NCBI GenBank assembly: GCA_021797815.1
Contig: JAJZYZ010000002.1
Coordinates: 1,256-65,255, forward strand
Direction: 5' to 3'
Source: Bacillota bacterium
GTDB lineage: Bacteria > Bacillota > Sulfobacillia > Sulfobacillales > JAIMBI01
Length of the DNA: 64,000 nt
The notes beneath the pieces were generated by a model that had not been told where the DNA came from, ran no database searches, and worked only from the letters and a program-made list of their open reading frames with translations. Of this stretch, positions 48,089 through 61,944 are shown in pieces. Position 1 is the first letter of the stretch. Each line of letters opens with the position of its first letter. Made by a program: the position numbers and the translations under genes.

Positions 48089-48516
48089 CTCTCGGTCTTG
48101 TGCGCGGACCCGCGCGGGCGGCGGGTGCGCCGCCACACCTGGAGGACTATGATGCCCGTCGGCACCGCCCACGCGAAGATGCGGCTCTTTCCAGCCCGGG
48201 GACGGGCCGGGGGTTTGGCAGCGGCCCGGCGCCTCCACGCCAGGAGAGCGGTGGCAGCCTCGGCGGCCAGTCCGGCGTAGCGGGCGCGCGTCCCCCAGGT
48301 CCCTACGCTCGATGTCACGTTGCGGGTTGTCTCGCCTACGTCGGCCATCGTGGTCTGGAGCCGTTTTCGGATCCGCCCGGCCTCGGCGACAAGCTCACGC
48401 TCGAGGCGCAGGACCCGCAGCAGCAGGATGGCGGCCAGCACGCATACCCCAACCACCAGCAGGGCCATGACCCCCAGGATGATGACAATCGCGGTCAATG
48501 CGCCGGGAACTGACAT
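48085..48516 (-). CDS. DUF948-like membrane protein (YtxG-like)
   Basis: N-terminal TM then a coiled region. Position next to a YtxH-like gene matches the Bacillus ytxGH arrangement (from memory). Confidence 0.55.
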   Translation of the reverse strand: MSVPGALTAIVIILGVMALLVVGVCVLAAILLLRVLRLERELVAEAGRIRKRLQTTMADVGETTRNVTSSVGTWGTRARYAGLAAEAATALLAWRRRAAAKPPARPRAGKSRIFAWAVPTGIIVLQVWRRTRRPRGSAHKTES

Positions 48517-48564
48517 GCGTACCTCCCAAGGGGGCGCCGTGCGTTCGGGTGCCGTCCTAACTGT

Positions 48565-48843
48565 TTAAACAGTCGGCGACTCCGCCTCATCCGATTCCGC
48601 GACATGGTTTTGCACCCGCGAGAGTTCTGTTTCATGCCGGAACAGGGCCGCACTCTGCTCGCGCACGGTCTTTTGCAGATCGCCCACCGCCGCCCGCAGT
48701 TGGTCGAGCGAGTCTCGGGCACGGGTCTTGATGGTGCTGCGGGTATCCTCACCCGACGACGGCGCCAGCAGAATCCCGGCTGCAAAGCCGACGAGGACGC
48801 CGATCGCGATTCCGCTCATCCTATCCCAGGAACGATCGTTCAC
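48565..48843 (-). CDS. YtxH-like general stress protein
   Basis: ORF 48565..48927. GIAIGVLVGFAAGILLAPSSGEDTR is the YtxH signature. GTG 48843 lies 5 nt after AGGAGGAG. Confidence 0.7.
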   Translation of the reverse strand: MNDRSWDRMSGIAIGVLVGFAAGILLAPSSGEDTRSTIKTRARDSLDQLRAAVGDLQKTVREQSAALFRHETELSRVQNHVAESDEAESPTV

Positions 48844-49045
48844 GCTGTCTCCTCCTGTCCTTGCGTATCTGTATGCATCTGCACGTCGGTGTGCTGGTCG
48901 GTCCACCAGGCGGTCCAACGCATGCACCTTCGGTCAAAACTCGGGCCGGGTCTCTAAACAATTCGCGGGGACAACAATGTATGTCGCCGGCCGATTTCGC
49001 CCCCGAGTGGCTTCATTGTCTCACAACCGCGCAAGGGCGGCCTTC

Positions 49046-49074
49046 ATGACAGGCCGACGGGCGGGCGCTATACT
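49046..49074 (+). promoter_or_regulatory. Candidate sigma-A promoter for the ferredoxin gene
   Basis: ATGACA (49046..49051), 17 nt, TATACT (49069..49074), about 40 nt upstream of ATG 49116. Confidence 0.4.
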
Positions 49075-49115
49075 TAGGCCCGTGATTTTATCTCGATGGC
49101 CAGAGGAGGACCGTC

Positions 49116-49391
49116 ATGCCGCATGTCATCACCAACCGGTGCGTCGGCACCAAAGATCAGAGCTGCGTCGAGGTCTGCCCGGTCGATTGCATCCACCCGG
49201 CCAAGAACATCGACGGGGAAGCGTCGTTTGAGGAGGCGCCCCAGCTCTACATCGACCCGGATGTCTGCATCGACTGCGGCGCATGTGTGCCGGAATGCCC
49301 GGTGGAAGCCATCTTCATGGATGACGAGCTGCCCGATGAGTTTCGCGAATTCCTGGACGTGAACGCTGACTATTTCAAGCAGCACGGCTAG
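49116..49391 (+). CDS. Ferredoxin (7Fe/8Fe type)
   Basis: CVEVCPVDCI and CIDCGACVPECP cluster motifs. GAGGAGGA SD. Confidence 0.9.
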   Translation: MPHVITNRCVGTKDQSCVEVCPVDCIHPAKNIDGEASFEEAPQLYIDPDVCIDCGACVPECPVEAIFMDDELPDEFREFLDVNADYFKQHG

Positions 49392-49411
49392 GCCGGCAGA
49401 GGCTTCCCGGT

Positions 49412-51281
<1,870 letters not shown>

Positions 51282-51301
<20 letters not shown>

Positions 51302-54300
51302 CTGGTTCCTCCTCCAGGATGGCGATGAGGCCCGCGAGCGGAACGCCCGCCCACTCCGGACGGTGGTCAAGCTCGTAGCGAAGTTCGTACAGGGCCTTTT
51401 CCAACAAGTAGACCGCCAGCAGATCGAAGAAGGCGGGTCCCTCCGGAAACAGTCCCAGGGTACCGAGCTCTTCCCGGTAGCGACTGAGAAAAGCGTCGGC
51501 GACGCCCCGGTACCAGAGATTCGCAAACCGGCGCACCCGGCCGGGCTCGGCGTCGGCGTCGTCCCGGATGAGCTCGACCGCCCGCGCCCAGACCGCGTAG
51601 TGGAAGGATCGCAGCATGCCGGCTACATCGAGGAGCGGCGAGCGCTTGATGCGGCGCTCCGAGAGGGGGCGTGCCGGCTCCCCTTCGAAATCAACGAACA
51701 CGAAGTCGCCCCCGGTGCACAGGACCTGTCCCAGGTGCAGATCCCCGTGGAGCCGGATGCGGAGTCCTTCGATGCGTGCCTTCAAGAGGGCGTTTGATCG
51801 CTCGAGCACAACATCCGGGTGTTCCAGGAGGCGGGCCGCGTATGCGGCGCCCAGCGGGTCGAGCATCCCCTGGCGCGCCTGCAGCGTGCGCATGGTGTGT
51901 CCGAGGGCGGTGCGGATACCCTGGTAGAGCCCGCGCTGATAGAACGGTGTGAAGGGCTCGGGCTGGAAGGCGCTGTCCGTGGTCGGGGAGGCAAGAGCCC
52001 GGTGGAGGGCGGCCGTCCGCTCCGCCAACAGGGTGACCCAGGGGAGAAAGGGGGACAGCAGGCGCCCCGTCAGAGCGGCCTCGCCCCCGTCAACCTCGAG
52101 ACCATCCGCGGCCGTGCCGGTGGCCTCCACAAGTTCGAAGAAGCGGTCAACCGCATCGCGGGCGTACGTCCAGGCATCGCCCTGGTTCGGTACGTACTGA
52201 AACGCCACCGCCAGCGTTGCGCGCCGCCCGCCTTCTTCCCAGTCGAGAGCCCCGGCCAGTTTGGGTGTGTACATAAAGCCCAGTTTTTCGAGATGGAGCC
52301 CCACTTCCCAATCCGGCTGCGATCCGAAGTGCACCTGGCGGTACAACTTCAGGATGAAGCGATCGCCGAAGGTGGCCGAGGTGTTGCTCTGCTCGCCCCG
52401 GAACAGCTGGGCGCGCAGATCGCGGTCGTAGCCGCTCTTCAAAAGAGGCAGCGGGACCGGACGAATGGTAACCCCGTCGTACTGAAGGGCGCGCGGGCGC
52501 GCCATGACCGCCATCACCGACTCCATGAACGAGGCCGACACGGTCGCGTCGAAGACGAGAGAGGCCGCACCGCCGGGGCCTTCGAGGCGCATCAGCACCC
52601 GATCTTCCACCGCCTGCGGCGCCGGCTCGCCGGTGACCCCGAGCGCCATCCAAAAGGTGGCGGGCCCGCCCTGCCCGCAGGCCACCTCGACCTGCGTCGC
52701 GTACACCGAGGACGCGTCTGTGAGATCACCCCACGGCACTGTCGTCCGCACCTCGGCGCCCCTCGGGTCGCGACTGCGGGCCGAAAACCACCGCCGGGTG
52801 CGGACATAGGGGAACAGCGCCCGCGACAACTCCTCACGTCGAGGTCCGGTCAGGACCTCGGGCCAGCGCCCGCTCACGGCGGGGAGCGCATGGCTGTGGG
52901 GTGCGGCCGGCTCGCGCGACTCGGTGAGCTGGAAATAGTAGAACCCGTGGGGACCGAGCGTCAGGAAATAACGGTCGGCGGTGACGGAGGGAAACGCCGT
53001 CTGGCCGAAGAGTTCCACCGGAATGCTGCCCTGATATTCATGCAGGTCCAGACTGGCCGCCTGCACGAAGCGCGAGAGGTTGGCGACAACCAGCACCGCC
53101 TCATCGTCTAACCGGCGGATGAAGGCCAGAACCTTGGCATTTTCCGGGGACAACAGCGTCATCGCCCCCCGTCCAAAGGCCGGGTGGCGCTTTCTGAGCG
53201 CAATGAGCCGCTTGGTCCACCACAGGAGGGAGTGCGGATTGGTGCGCTGAGCGTCGACATTCACGGCTTCATAGTGATATTCCGGGTCTACCACCACCGG
53301 CAGGCACAGTCGCTGAGGGTTGGCGGTCGAGAAGCCGGCATTGCGATCCCCGCTCCACTGAAAGGGCGTGCGTACGCCGTCGCGGTCTCCCAGGTAGATG
53401 TTGTCGCCCATTCCGATCTCGTTGCCGTAATAGAGCACGGGCGTGCCCGGCAGGGCAAACAAGAGGGCGTGCATCAGCTCGATGCGGCGGCGATTGTTGC
53501 CCAGCAGCGGGGCCAGACGGCGTCGGATGCCAAGGTTCAGGCGGGCTTGAGGATCGGTCGCGTACACCTGGTACATATAGTCGCGCTCTTCGTCGGTCAC
53601 CATCTCGAGGGTGAGCTCGTCGTGGTTGCGGAGGAAGATGGCCCACTGACCGGCATCTGGCACGGGCGGGGTCTGGTTCAGGATGTCCACCACCGGGTAG
53701 CGGTCCTCCATGTACAGGGCCATAAACAGGCGCGGCATGAGCGGGAAATGGTACGCCATGTGGCACTCATCGCCGTCGCCGAAGTACTCGACGGCCTCCT
53801 CCGGCCACTGGTTGGCCTCCGCCAGCAGCATGCGGTTCGGATATCGCTCGTCAATGTGACGGCGGAGATCTTTCAGATAGGCATGCGTCTCCGGAAGATT
53901 TTCGCATGTGGTGCCCTCACGCTCGTACAAATAGGGGACCGCATCCAGCCTGAGCCCATCCACGCCCATCGAGAGCCAGAAATCCACCACCTTCAACATG
54001 GCCCGGCGCACGTGCGGCGAGTCGAAGTTGAGATCGGGCTGATGACTGTAGAAGCGATGCCAGTAATACTGTTCCGCCACCGGATCCCAGGTCCAGTTGG
54101 AGCGCTCGAAGTCTTTGAAGATGATGCGGGCGTCGCGGTAGCGTTCGGGCGAATCACTCCAGACGTAAAAGTCGCGGGCAATGGAGCCCGGCCGGCTCCT
54201 GCGGGCGCGGTCGAACCAGGGGTGCTGATCGGAAGTGTGGTTCAAGACCAGTTCCGTGATGACCTTGAGCCCGAGCGCGTGAGCGCGGCGCAAGAAGCTT

Positions 54301-54575
54301 CTAAAGTCGCGGAGCGTGCCGTACTGAGGATGCACACTCTCGTAATCGGCGATATCATAGCCGTCGTCGCGCAGCGGCGAGGGATAGAACGGCAAGAGCC
54401 AGATGGCGGTGACGCCCAGGTCTTTCAGATACGGGAGCTTCTCGGTCAGCCCGCGAAAATCCCCCACGCCGTCTTGGTTGGCGTCGAAGAACGTACGGAC
54501 GTGGACCTCGTAAATAACGGCATCGCGATACCAGTCAGCAGTCTCCGAGACGGGAGCGGCCAGGTTTCCGGCCAC
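51282..54575 (-). CDS. treS: Trehalose synthase fused to maltokinase (TreS-Mak/Pep2)
   Basis: ORF 51282..54710. TreS part: [48 protein letters not shown]-terminal kinase part: [10 protein letters not shown]...VDFEGEP. GTG 54575 lies 7 nt after GAGAGGAG. Confidence 0.9.
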
Positions 54576-54606
54576 GTCGACACTCCTCTCATGGTGAGCC
54601 AGATGC

Positions 54607-56613
54607 TTATCGACCGGGATCAAAGTCCAGTTCGTTGGGGAGGCGGCCGCGGGGCAGATGGACCACCTCGAAGATGTGGGCGGGAAATCTGCCCGGGCGT
54701 AGCTCCACATAGTTGTGCGGGCCGGTCCAGATGTAGCGGTCCCCCGTCATCAGATCGTGGACCCAGAAGCGCGCGTCGGACGACAGGCCCAGGACCCCCA
54801 TATCGAGGTGCACGAAGCCGGCCACCGGATACGCGGGGTCGAGGGAGACCACGGTGAGCACGGTGTCGTCGCCTTCCGGTGAGCGCTTCGAGTATACGAG
54901 AAGCTCCGCGGAGTCGACTTCATGAAAGTGAAGAGAGCCCGACCACGCGAACGCCCGGTGCTCCCTGCGGATCTCGTTCAGACGCCGAATCTCAGGCGCC
55001 AGGCTTCCGGGACTGTCCCAATCCCAGTGGCGGATCTCATACTTCTCCGAGTGGAGATATTCTTCGCCGCCCGGAGTCAGCGGCACATGCTCTTGGAGTT
55101 CGAACGCCGGACCGTAGAGGCCGTAACTGGGGGACAGCGTAGCCGCCAGCACCAGCCGCTCGAGAAATACGCCGCGGTCGCCGGTCTGCAGGGAAACCGG
55201 GAGGATGTCCGGCGTGTTGACAAAGAAGTTCGGCCGAAGAAATGTCGCGACCGGCGGCCGCGTAAGCTCCTCAACGTACGCCCGTAGCTCTTCGCCGGTG
55301 TTGCGCCAGGTGAAGTAGGTGTAGGACTGCGAGAACCCGGCCTTGGCCAGTTCGTTCATGAGTGTCGGCTTCGTAAAAGCCTCGGCCAGAAACAGTACCT
55401 CCGGGAACTCCCGGCGGATGCCGCCGATGAGCCACTCCCAGAACCCGATGGGTTTCGTATGGGGATTGTCGACCCGAAACCAGCGGACGCCGGTGGCGGC
55501 CCAGAACCGCACCACGTCGTAGAGCGCCTGCCACAGGGCCCTCCATGCCTCGCACTCGAAGTCAAACGGGTAAATGTCCTGATAGCGCTTGGGTGGATTC
55601 TCGGCGTACTGGATGCGGCCATCCGGGCGCTTCTTGAACCACTCTGGATGCGCTGTCACCCAGGGGTGGTCGGGCGCGCACTGAAAGGCCATGTCCAGTG
55701 CGACCTCGAGCCCGTTTTCGCGCGCGGCCCGAAGGAGTCGCCGGAAGTCCTGAAGCGTGCCAAGTTCCGGGTGGATGGCGGTATGCCCGCCGGCCCCGGA
55801 TCCGATGGCCCATGGACTGCCCGGGTCCTCGGGGCCGGCATGCAGGCGGTTGTCAGGGCCCTTTCTCTCCACGAGGCCGATGGGGTGAATGGGGGGCAGG
55901 TAAAGAACGTCGAACCCGAGACCGCCGATGTAGGAGAGTCTCGCCGTCAGATCGGCAAACGTGCCCGCCCGCCCGGGCTCGGCCGCGGTGGAGCGGGGGA
56001 AGCATTCATACCAGGCGGAGAATCTGGCCCGCAGCGGATCTACCTGGACGGGGTACCAGTCACTTTCGGTGGGGAAGCGGGCTGGGAGAAGCCCGTTGGC
56101 CAGGACCAGGAGGGCAGGATCTCGCGCGGCCTGCGCGGCGCGTTCCAGGTCCGGGTCGGAAAGGCGAGTGACCCACGCACGAAGCGCGTCGCGGGCGGCA
56201 TCGTCCAGGGACGGGAGCGCCGCTTCTATCAGCACGAGGCCCACCGCCACGTCCACGGACGTGAGCGTGCCGGCCTGATAGAGAGCCTCGACGCCCCTCT
56301 GCCAGGTTGCCAGGGGGTCGACGGCTCCTCCCACTTGCAAGCGGTAAAGGCCGGTCGCGGTCCAGGTGTCGCTGCGTTCCCACCAGTCGTTTCCTGTCGG
56401 TGCCAGGGGCAGGGGCTCGCCGCGCTGTCCATCGGGATGCTCCCACCGGCACCAGGCTCGCAGCAGGTCGTGGCCATCCGCCAAAAGCCGCGCGCGCACG
56501 GCGATGGGAAGGCCCGCCTCGGCCTTGGCGGGACGGTATCCGGCATCCACGGCCGGTTCGACATCGAGAATGACGACCCGCTTGCGTCCCTCGGCTGGAA
56601 GGTCCACCCACAT
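54607..56613 (-). CDS. glgE: Alpha-1,4-glucan:maltose-1-phosphate maltosyltransferase
   Basis: [18 protein letters not shown]-terminus, [20 protein letters not shown]. Confidence 0.9.
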   Translation of the reverse strand: MWVDLPAEGRKRVVILDVEPAVDAGYRPAKAEAGLPIAVRARLLADGHDLLRAWCRWEHPDGQRGEPLPLAPTGNDWWERSDTWTATGLYRLQVGGAVDPLATWQRGVEALYQAGTLTSVDVAVGLVLIEAALPSLDDAARDALRAWVTRLSDPDLERAAQAARDPALLVLANGLLPARFPTESDWYPVQVDPLRARFSAWYECFPRSTAAEPGRAGTFADLTARLSYIGGLGFDVLYLPPIHPIGLVERKGPDNRLHAGPEDPGSPWAIGSGAGGHTAIHPELGTLQDFRRLLRAARENGLEVALDMAFQCAPDHPWVTAHPEWFKKRPDGRIQYAENPPKRYQDIYPFDFECEAWRALWQALYDVVRFWAATGVRWFRVDNPHTKPIGFWEWLIGGIRREFPEVLFLAEAFTKPTLMNELAKAGFSQSYTYFTWRNTGEELRAYVEELTRPPVATFLRPNFFVNTPDILPVSLQTGDRGVFLERLVLAATLSPSYGLYGPAFELQEHVPLTPGGEEYLHSEKYEIRHWDWDSPGSLAPEIRRLNEIRREHRAFAWSGSLHFHEVDSAELLVYSKRSPEGDDTVLTVVSLDPAYPVAGFVHLDMGVLGLSSDARFWVHDLMTGDRYIWTGPHNYVELRPGRFPAHIFEVVHLPRGRLPNELDFDPGR

Positions 56614-56882
56614 CCCCCGCTTCTCTCCGCCATTGGCATCGGCAATCTCCGCGACACGCCCATCGTAGCGCCGGTCCCCGGGGGCGGTCCAGGCGCAGTC
56701 GGCGGTCCTTCCGGTATTATGGGTCAGTGGGTGACCGCGGTCGCCCGCTCATGTTTTTCGACCGAGCCGCCGGGCGTGCGGAGCGCCTGCGGCCCGGCGC
56801 GTGACCGAACGACGGCCGCACGCCGCCGCAGAGGTCGTGAGAGATCGGACATTCACCGATGTCAGAAGGGAGGACCTCCTCC

Positions 56883-59288
56883 ATGGACCGCTTCGTGTGC
56901 GTGCATGGGCACTTCTACCAACCGCCGCGGGAGAACCCGTGGCTCGAGGCGGTCGAGCGTCAGGACTCGGCCGCGCCCTATCATGACTGGAATGCCCGCA
57001 TCACCGACGAATGCTATCGCCCGAACGCGCACGCGCGCATCCTGGACCGCGACGGCTACCTGCGCGCCGTCATCAACAACTATGCGCGCATCAGCTTTAA
57101 TTTTGGTCCCACCCTCCTGCAATGGCTCGAATCGGAGGCACCGGATGTCTATCAGGCTGTCGTGGAGGCGGACCGGGAGAGCCGCGTGCGCTTCTCGGGG
57201 CACGGATCGGCGATGGCCCAGGCCTACAACCACCTCATCATGCCCCTGGCCAGCCCACGCGACCGACTGACCCAGATACGGTGGGGACTCGAAGACTTCC
57301 GCCACCGATTCGGCCGCCCGGCGGAAGGGTTCTGGCTGCCCGAGACGGCAGTGGACGATGAGACTCTGCTGCTCCTGGAAGGAGAAGGCGTGCGCTTCAC
57401 CGTTCTCGCGCCCCACCAGGCCCGGGCCGTCGGCCTGATTGACGGGGAGGACGAGACGCCGATAGCGGACGGAGCCGCCGTAGACTCCCGGCACCCCTAT
57501 CGGGTCAAGGTCGGAGACCGCCTGTTGAGTCTGTGTGTATTTTTCTATGACGGCCCGCTCTCCCAGGGCATCGCGTTTAACGGGCTTCTTTCGGATGGGG
57601 CGCGGCTGGCCGATGCCCTGGTGGATGCCGCCGCGGATTCCGAAGGGCCATCGCTGGCCCACGTCGCGACCGACGGGGAGAGCTATGGGCATCATCACCG
57701 CTACGGTGAGATGGCGCTGGCCTTCGCCCTCGACGCCATCGAGCAGGGGAGCGGCGCCGCCCTCACCAACTACGGCGAGTTTCTGGAGCGCTTTCCGCCG
57801 GTTCAGTACGCCCGCATCGTGTCAGATACCTCCTGGAGCTGCATTCATGGGATCGAGCGCTGGCGCGCCGACTGCGGCTGCAACAGTGGCGGCCGCCCGG
57901 GATGGCGGCAGACCTGGCGAACTCCGCTTCGAGATGCCCTCGACCACCTCCGCGATGCCATGCGGCCGCTCTATGAGACGGCGGCGGCAGAACTGGTCCT
58001 GGACCCGTGGGCGGCCCGGGATGATTACATCCAGGTGATCCTCGACAGGTCCGGACTGTCCCGGGCCTCATTTCTGAACCGCCATCAGCGGCGTCTGTTG
58101 GGTGGCGCTGAGCGCATCCGTCTTTGGAAGCTTCTGGAGCTCGAGCGCCACACCCTTCTCATGTATACGAGCTGCGGCTTCTTCTTTGATGACGTGTCGG
58201 GGATCGAGACGGTGCAGGTGCTCCAATACGTAGGACGCGTGCTGCAGCTCGGAGCCGAGTTGTTTGAGTGGGAGCCGGACGCGGACTTCTGGAACCTTCT
58301 GGAGCAGGCGTCCAGCAACCTCGCCGGTGAAGGCAACGCTCGACGGCTGTATGAGCGGCGGGTGCGCCCGGCCATGGTCGATCTGGGCCGCGCGGCCGCG
58401 CACTGGGCGGTGGCGCTGGTCACCATGCCCGATGCCGGCCCTGCAAACGAGCTTTACGACTTCCGGATCGTGGACGAAGAGTATGCCATCCGCGCGGCGG
58501 GACGGACCCGGCTCGCGTCCGGACGGCTCAGTGTGGCGTCGCATACGACCGAGGAGGAGGACGGCTTCTATTTCGCGGCCGTGCACTGGGGCGACCACAA
58601 CGTCGTGGGCGGGGTGGCGCCCGCACGAGCCCACGACGGGTACGGAGGGCTGGTGGCGGCCCTGAACCCGGCCTTCGATCGGGCCGATCTGCCGGAAGTC
58701 CTCTCGATTCTCTCGCGGACGTTCGACAGGCGCACGTTTACGCTGCGGGATCTGTTTCGTGACGAGCAGGAGCGCATCGTGGCGCAGGTCCTGGCCGCCA
58801 CGCTGTCGGAGGTGGAGACCTCGCTGCGGCAAATTTATGAGTATCACGCTCCGCTCATGCGATTTCTTCGCGAGGCCGGCACTCCGCTTCCGCCGTCGCT
58901 GTCCACCGCGGCCGGATACGTCCTGAACCAGGGGCTCCTGCACACGCTTCGCGCGGACCCGATCGATGCCGCGCATCTCCTGCAGCTCCTCGAGGAGATC
59001 CGGCTCCTCGGGGTGCCCGTCGATGAGGCGCGGGTCATCTACGCCATGCGAATGTCGCTCGGGCATCTTGCCCGCCGCTGGCAGGCGGCGCCCTACAGCG
59101 AGCCGGCGCTGGACGAGCTCCTGGAAGCGATGCGGCTCTTTACCGGCATACCGATTGAGGTTGATGCCGGGTCGCTGGCCATTGTCTGCCTGCAGCTGCG
59201 CGAGCGGATGGCAGGACCAGATGTCGCTCCGGCCGTACGCGACAAGGCGAGCCGGCTCGCCGATCTCCTGCGGGTGCGCTGGTATTAG
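56883..59288 (+). CDS. Glycoside hydrolase family 57 protein with DUF3536-like C-terminal region
   Basis: ORF 56859..59288. VHGHFYQPPRENPW, ATDGESYGHHH. ATG 56883 lies 8 nt after AAGGGAGGA. Confidence 0.8.
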   Translation: MDRFVCVHGHFYQPPRENPWLEAVERQDSAAPYHDWNARITDECYRPNAHARILDRDGYLRAVINNYARISFNFGPTLLQWLESEAPDVYQAVVEADRESRVRFSGHGSAMAQAYNHLIMPLASPRDRLTQIRWGLEDFRHRFGRPAEGFWLPETAVDDETLLLLEGEGVRFTVLAPHQARAVGLIDGEDETPIADGAAVDSRHPYRVKVGDRLLSLCVFFYDGPLSQGIAFNGLLSDGARLADALVDAAADSEGPSLAHVATDGESYGHHHRYGEMALAFALDAIEQGSGAALTNYGEFLERFPPVQYARIVSDTSWSCIHGIERWRADCGCNSGGRPGWRQTWRTPLRDALDHLRDAMRPLYETAAAELVLDPWAARDDYIQVILDRSGLSRASFLNRHQRRLLGGAERIRLWKLLELERHTLLMYTSCGFFFDDVSGIETVQVLQYVGRVLQLGAELFEWEPDADFWNLLEQASSNLAGEGNARRLYERRVRPAMVDLGRAAAHWAVALVTMPDAGPANELYDFRIVDEEYAIRAAGRTRLASGRLSVASHTTEEEDGFYFAAVHWGDHNVVGGVAPARAHDGYGGLVAALNPAFDRADLPEVLSILSRTFDRRTFTLRDLFRDEQERIVAQVLAATLSEVETSLRQIYEYHAPLMRFLREAGTPLPPSLSTAAGYVLNQGLLHTLRADPIDAAHLLQLLEEIRLLGVPVDEARVIYAMRMSLGHLARRWQAAPYSEPALDELLEAMRLFTGIPIEVDAGSLAIVCLQLRERMAGPDVAPAVRDKASRLADLLRVRWY

Positions 59289-59521
59289 GGATCGTGCCGC
59301 CGGCTGTCGCCCCATGGTGGGAGATCGCTGCCTGGTGGTGTGGCCATCAATCGGGAGCGCGGCCGGGGCCCCTCCGGGCCGCCGGCCAAAAGACGCCGGG
59401 TGCACTGACGCCGCTCAGACGGGCAGACTGGAGACCGCGCCCTCGCGCCGCGCGGGAGCCGAGCCACAAGCGAGGCAGTGCCCCCGCAGCTACCGAAACG
59501 GGGCGCCTCTAACCTAGCTGG

Positions 59522-60817
59522 CTAGGCCCGGGCGCTCGGCAGCTGGCGGATGCGGAGCGTATCCGGGCCGGTCTCGGGCCGCAGCACGGCCGGGCCGAGC
59601 ACTGCCACATCACCCGGCACACGTGCGCCGGGGAGCACCAGAACCTCGGTCAAATGGGCGCCGGCACTGACCACGGCGCCGTCCCCAACGGCCGAGAGGT
59701 CTTGAATATGGGTGGGGCGGTCGGGACGCGAACCCACTTCTGCCTTCTGCCCGACGAGACTGTCCACCAGGACGGCCCCATCTCCGATAACGGCGCCGTC
59801 GTCGAGATGCACACCGACCAGGGTGACGTGGTGGCCGATGACGCACTCGTCGCCGATGTACGTGTCCTCGAGCCGGCAGTTGCGGCCCACAATGGTGTCG
59901 TACCCCAGATAAACGTTGTGCCACGAAGCCGGGCGGCGCGCCTCGGCATCGGGGGAGAAGAGACGCTGCGGGGGCTGTCGGTCGGGTCCCAGGGGAATCC
60001 CGGTGAGCGTGGACCGCCCGGCCAGCACGTCGCGAGCGGCATTTAGAAAGGCGCGCGAGTCGGACAGGTCCGCGGACCAAGGCGCCTGCCAGGCTGCTAC
60101 CACCTCGCCGCGCGCGGCCGCCCAGTTGACAAGCTCGAGGTCAAAGTCGAGACGCCGCTGGCGCATGCGAGCGAGGGAAGGGTCAAGTGCCATCCGCCGC
60201 AGGCGGCCGGCGTTGACGAAGTAAAAGCCGGTGACCAACGGAAGTTTCATGTCTGGCCAGGAGGGACCGAAGCGTTCGGTCAGCGCTCCGGAATCGGCCG
60301 GAATCACCTCCGCCACGGCACCGTCACGCCGGCAGCGCACCACCTCTCCCTGGGCTGGAAGCTCCCGGCCCATGACCGTCACGGTGACGAGCGTCAAGAG
60401 GGCTTCCTCCCGGCGATGCATGGCCCAGGCGGCCATAAGATCGGTGGAGAGAAGCGTGTCGACGGGAAAGACCAGGAGGTCGTCCATAAGGCGGAAGTGC
60501 TCGGCCGCGCGGATGACGGCGTCGGCGGTTCCCCGGTCGAGATGGTCGTGGCGCGGCGGCGTATAGCGAATGACCAGATCCCAGTCATTCCCGTGCCCGA
60601 CCAGGGATCGGATGGCAAAGCGAGACTCGCGAGACTTCGACACGACGATAACATCGCCAATGCCCGAGGCGCGGAGACCGGCCAGCTGTATGCGGATGGC
60701 GGGGCGGCCCATAAAACGCGCCTCGGCGCGGGCTCGCGACCGACCGGACGCTTTCAAAGACAGGGGACGGACTCGCTCCCCGAAACCACCGGCGAGAGCC
60801 ATGCCGATGAGCGCCAC
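59522..60817 (-). CDS. Sugar-phosphate nucleotidyltransferase with C-terminal left-handed beta-helix (GlgC/GalU-like family)
   Basis: ORF 59522..60886. LAGGFGERVRPLS and hexapeptide repeats (IGDECVIGHHVTLVGVHLDDGAVIGDGAVL). GTG 60817 lies 5 nt after GGAGGGAGGA. Substrate not assignable. Confidence 0.75.
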   Translation of the reverse strand: MALIGMALAGGFGERVRPLSLKASGRSRARAEARFMGRPAIRIQLAGLRASGIGDVIVVSKSRESRFAIRSLVGHGNDWDLVIRYTPPRHDHLDRGTADAVIRAAEHFRLMDDLLVFPVDTLLSTDLMAAWAMHRREEALLTLVTVTVMGRELPAQGEVVRCRRDGAVAEVIPADSGALTERFGPSWPDMKLPLVTGFYFVNAGRLRRMALDPSLARMRQRRLDFDLELVNWAAARGEVVAAWQAPWSADLSDSRAFLNAARDVLAGRSTLTGIPLGPDRQPPQRLFSPDAEARRPASWHNVYLGYDTIVGRNCRLEDTYIGDECVIGHHVTLVGVHLDDGAVIGDGAVLVDSLVGQKAEVGSRPDRPTHIQDLSAVGDGAVVSAGAHLTEVLVLPGARVPGDVAVLGPAVLRPETGPDTLRIRQLPSARA

Positions 60818-60985
60818 CGGTGTCCTCCCTCCGCCCCGTTTCAGACCGGCGGTAAGACCGGGCCCAATGCCCTCAACTGACATCATACGCCAGCGGGCTA
60901 ACCGGGCAGGAATCTATGACAGGGCGACGCGGGGAAGGGTGCTCCACACGGGCCGCCTTCCTCGCGTCAATCGATCACGATGCTG

Positions 60986-61729
60986 TCAGCGTCGGCGGGC
61001 GCCCCCCATGAAGAGCATCAGGAAGTACATGAACAGGTTGATGACGTCAAGGGCGAGCCCAAGACCAATATAGGCCGCGAGCGAGTCATTCGGTCCGTAG
61101 GGCATCGACTGCCGGATGCGGCTTATATCCACCACGAGGTACAGCTCGAACACCAGGATGCCGATGAAAGACCAGACCGGCGACATCACGAGACCCATCG
61201 CCGGCGCCAGAAACAGCGCCAGCACCTGGGTCACGATGAGGCCCATGAGGCCCACCATGGCGAGACCGCCGAGGCGGGAGAGGTCCCAAGGGCTCACCGC
61301 CGCGATGACGGCCGTGACCACAAGCGAGCCGGCCACGGCCAAAAGAGCCGAGAACACGGCATTCGGATCGGTTGCCAGGCCACTGGCCACCATGATGCTC
61401 AGGATGGGGCTTATGACCAGCATCATCACGGCGCCGAGCGCCAACTCCCGGCCCACTCGTCCGACGGATCGGGCCATCAGCATGCTGACGAGAAAAATGA
61501 TGCCGAACATGGGCAGGATCACAATGGTGCCGGAGTTGGCCACGACCCGATCTACCCCGGTGACCAGGGAGACGAACGCGCCTGCCACCGCGATGGCCAG
61601 GTACAGGGCCATGTAAACCAGGGTGGACGCAAGCAGATTGCCGGTAAGCGACCAGGTCGACCCATTCTGCGCGAAGTACATGGCGCGGGCCTGGGCCGGA
61701 TTGCTCACGCGCTGCCGCGGGTAAGACAC
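60986..61729 (-). CDS. Bax inhibitor-1/YccA family membrane protein
   Basis: Seven hydrophobic segments and the C-terminal LALDVINLFMYFLMLFMGGARRR typical of the family. Confidence 0.85.
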   Translation of the reverse strand: MSYPRQRVSNPAQARAMYFAQNGSTWSLTGNLLASTLVYMALYLAIAVAGAFVSLVTGVDRVVANSGTIVILPMFGIIFLVSMLMARSVGRVGRELALGAVMMLVISPILSIMVASGLATDPNAVFSALLAVAGSLVVTAVIAAVSPWDLSRLGGLAMVGLMGLIVTQVLALFLAPAMGLVMSPVWSFIGILVFELYLVVDISRIRQSMPYGPNDSLAAYIGLGLALDVINLFMYFLMLFMGGARRR

Positions 61730-61944
61730 CGGATCACCCTCCTATCTCAAAACTTTCGGGGCCCTCCTCGAGCCGTCGCCTCTATTTTACACGCAATCCG
61801 CTTCAGCCAGGCCATCGGCGGCCGCCACAACCTCAGAACACCCTAAGAGTCACGCCTGCGCCAGCACGGCGGCGAGAGGATCTTCCCGAGCGGTCGAGAA
61901 GGCTTAGGCGGAAGCTGAAGCTTTTTGCAGCAAAGGAGTATCGC

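Noticed and set aside
53184-57270. Long plus-strand ORFs 53184..54857 (557 aa) and 55459..57270 (603 aa) opposite treS-mak and glgE
   Set aside because: Shadows of strongly supported minus-strand genes. Low-complexity Arg/Gly/Val/Pro composition. No SD-positioned starts.
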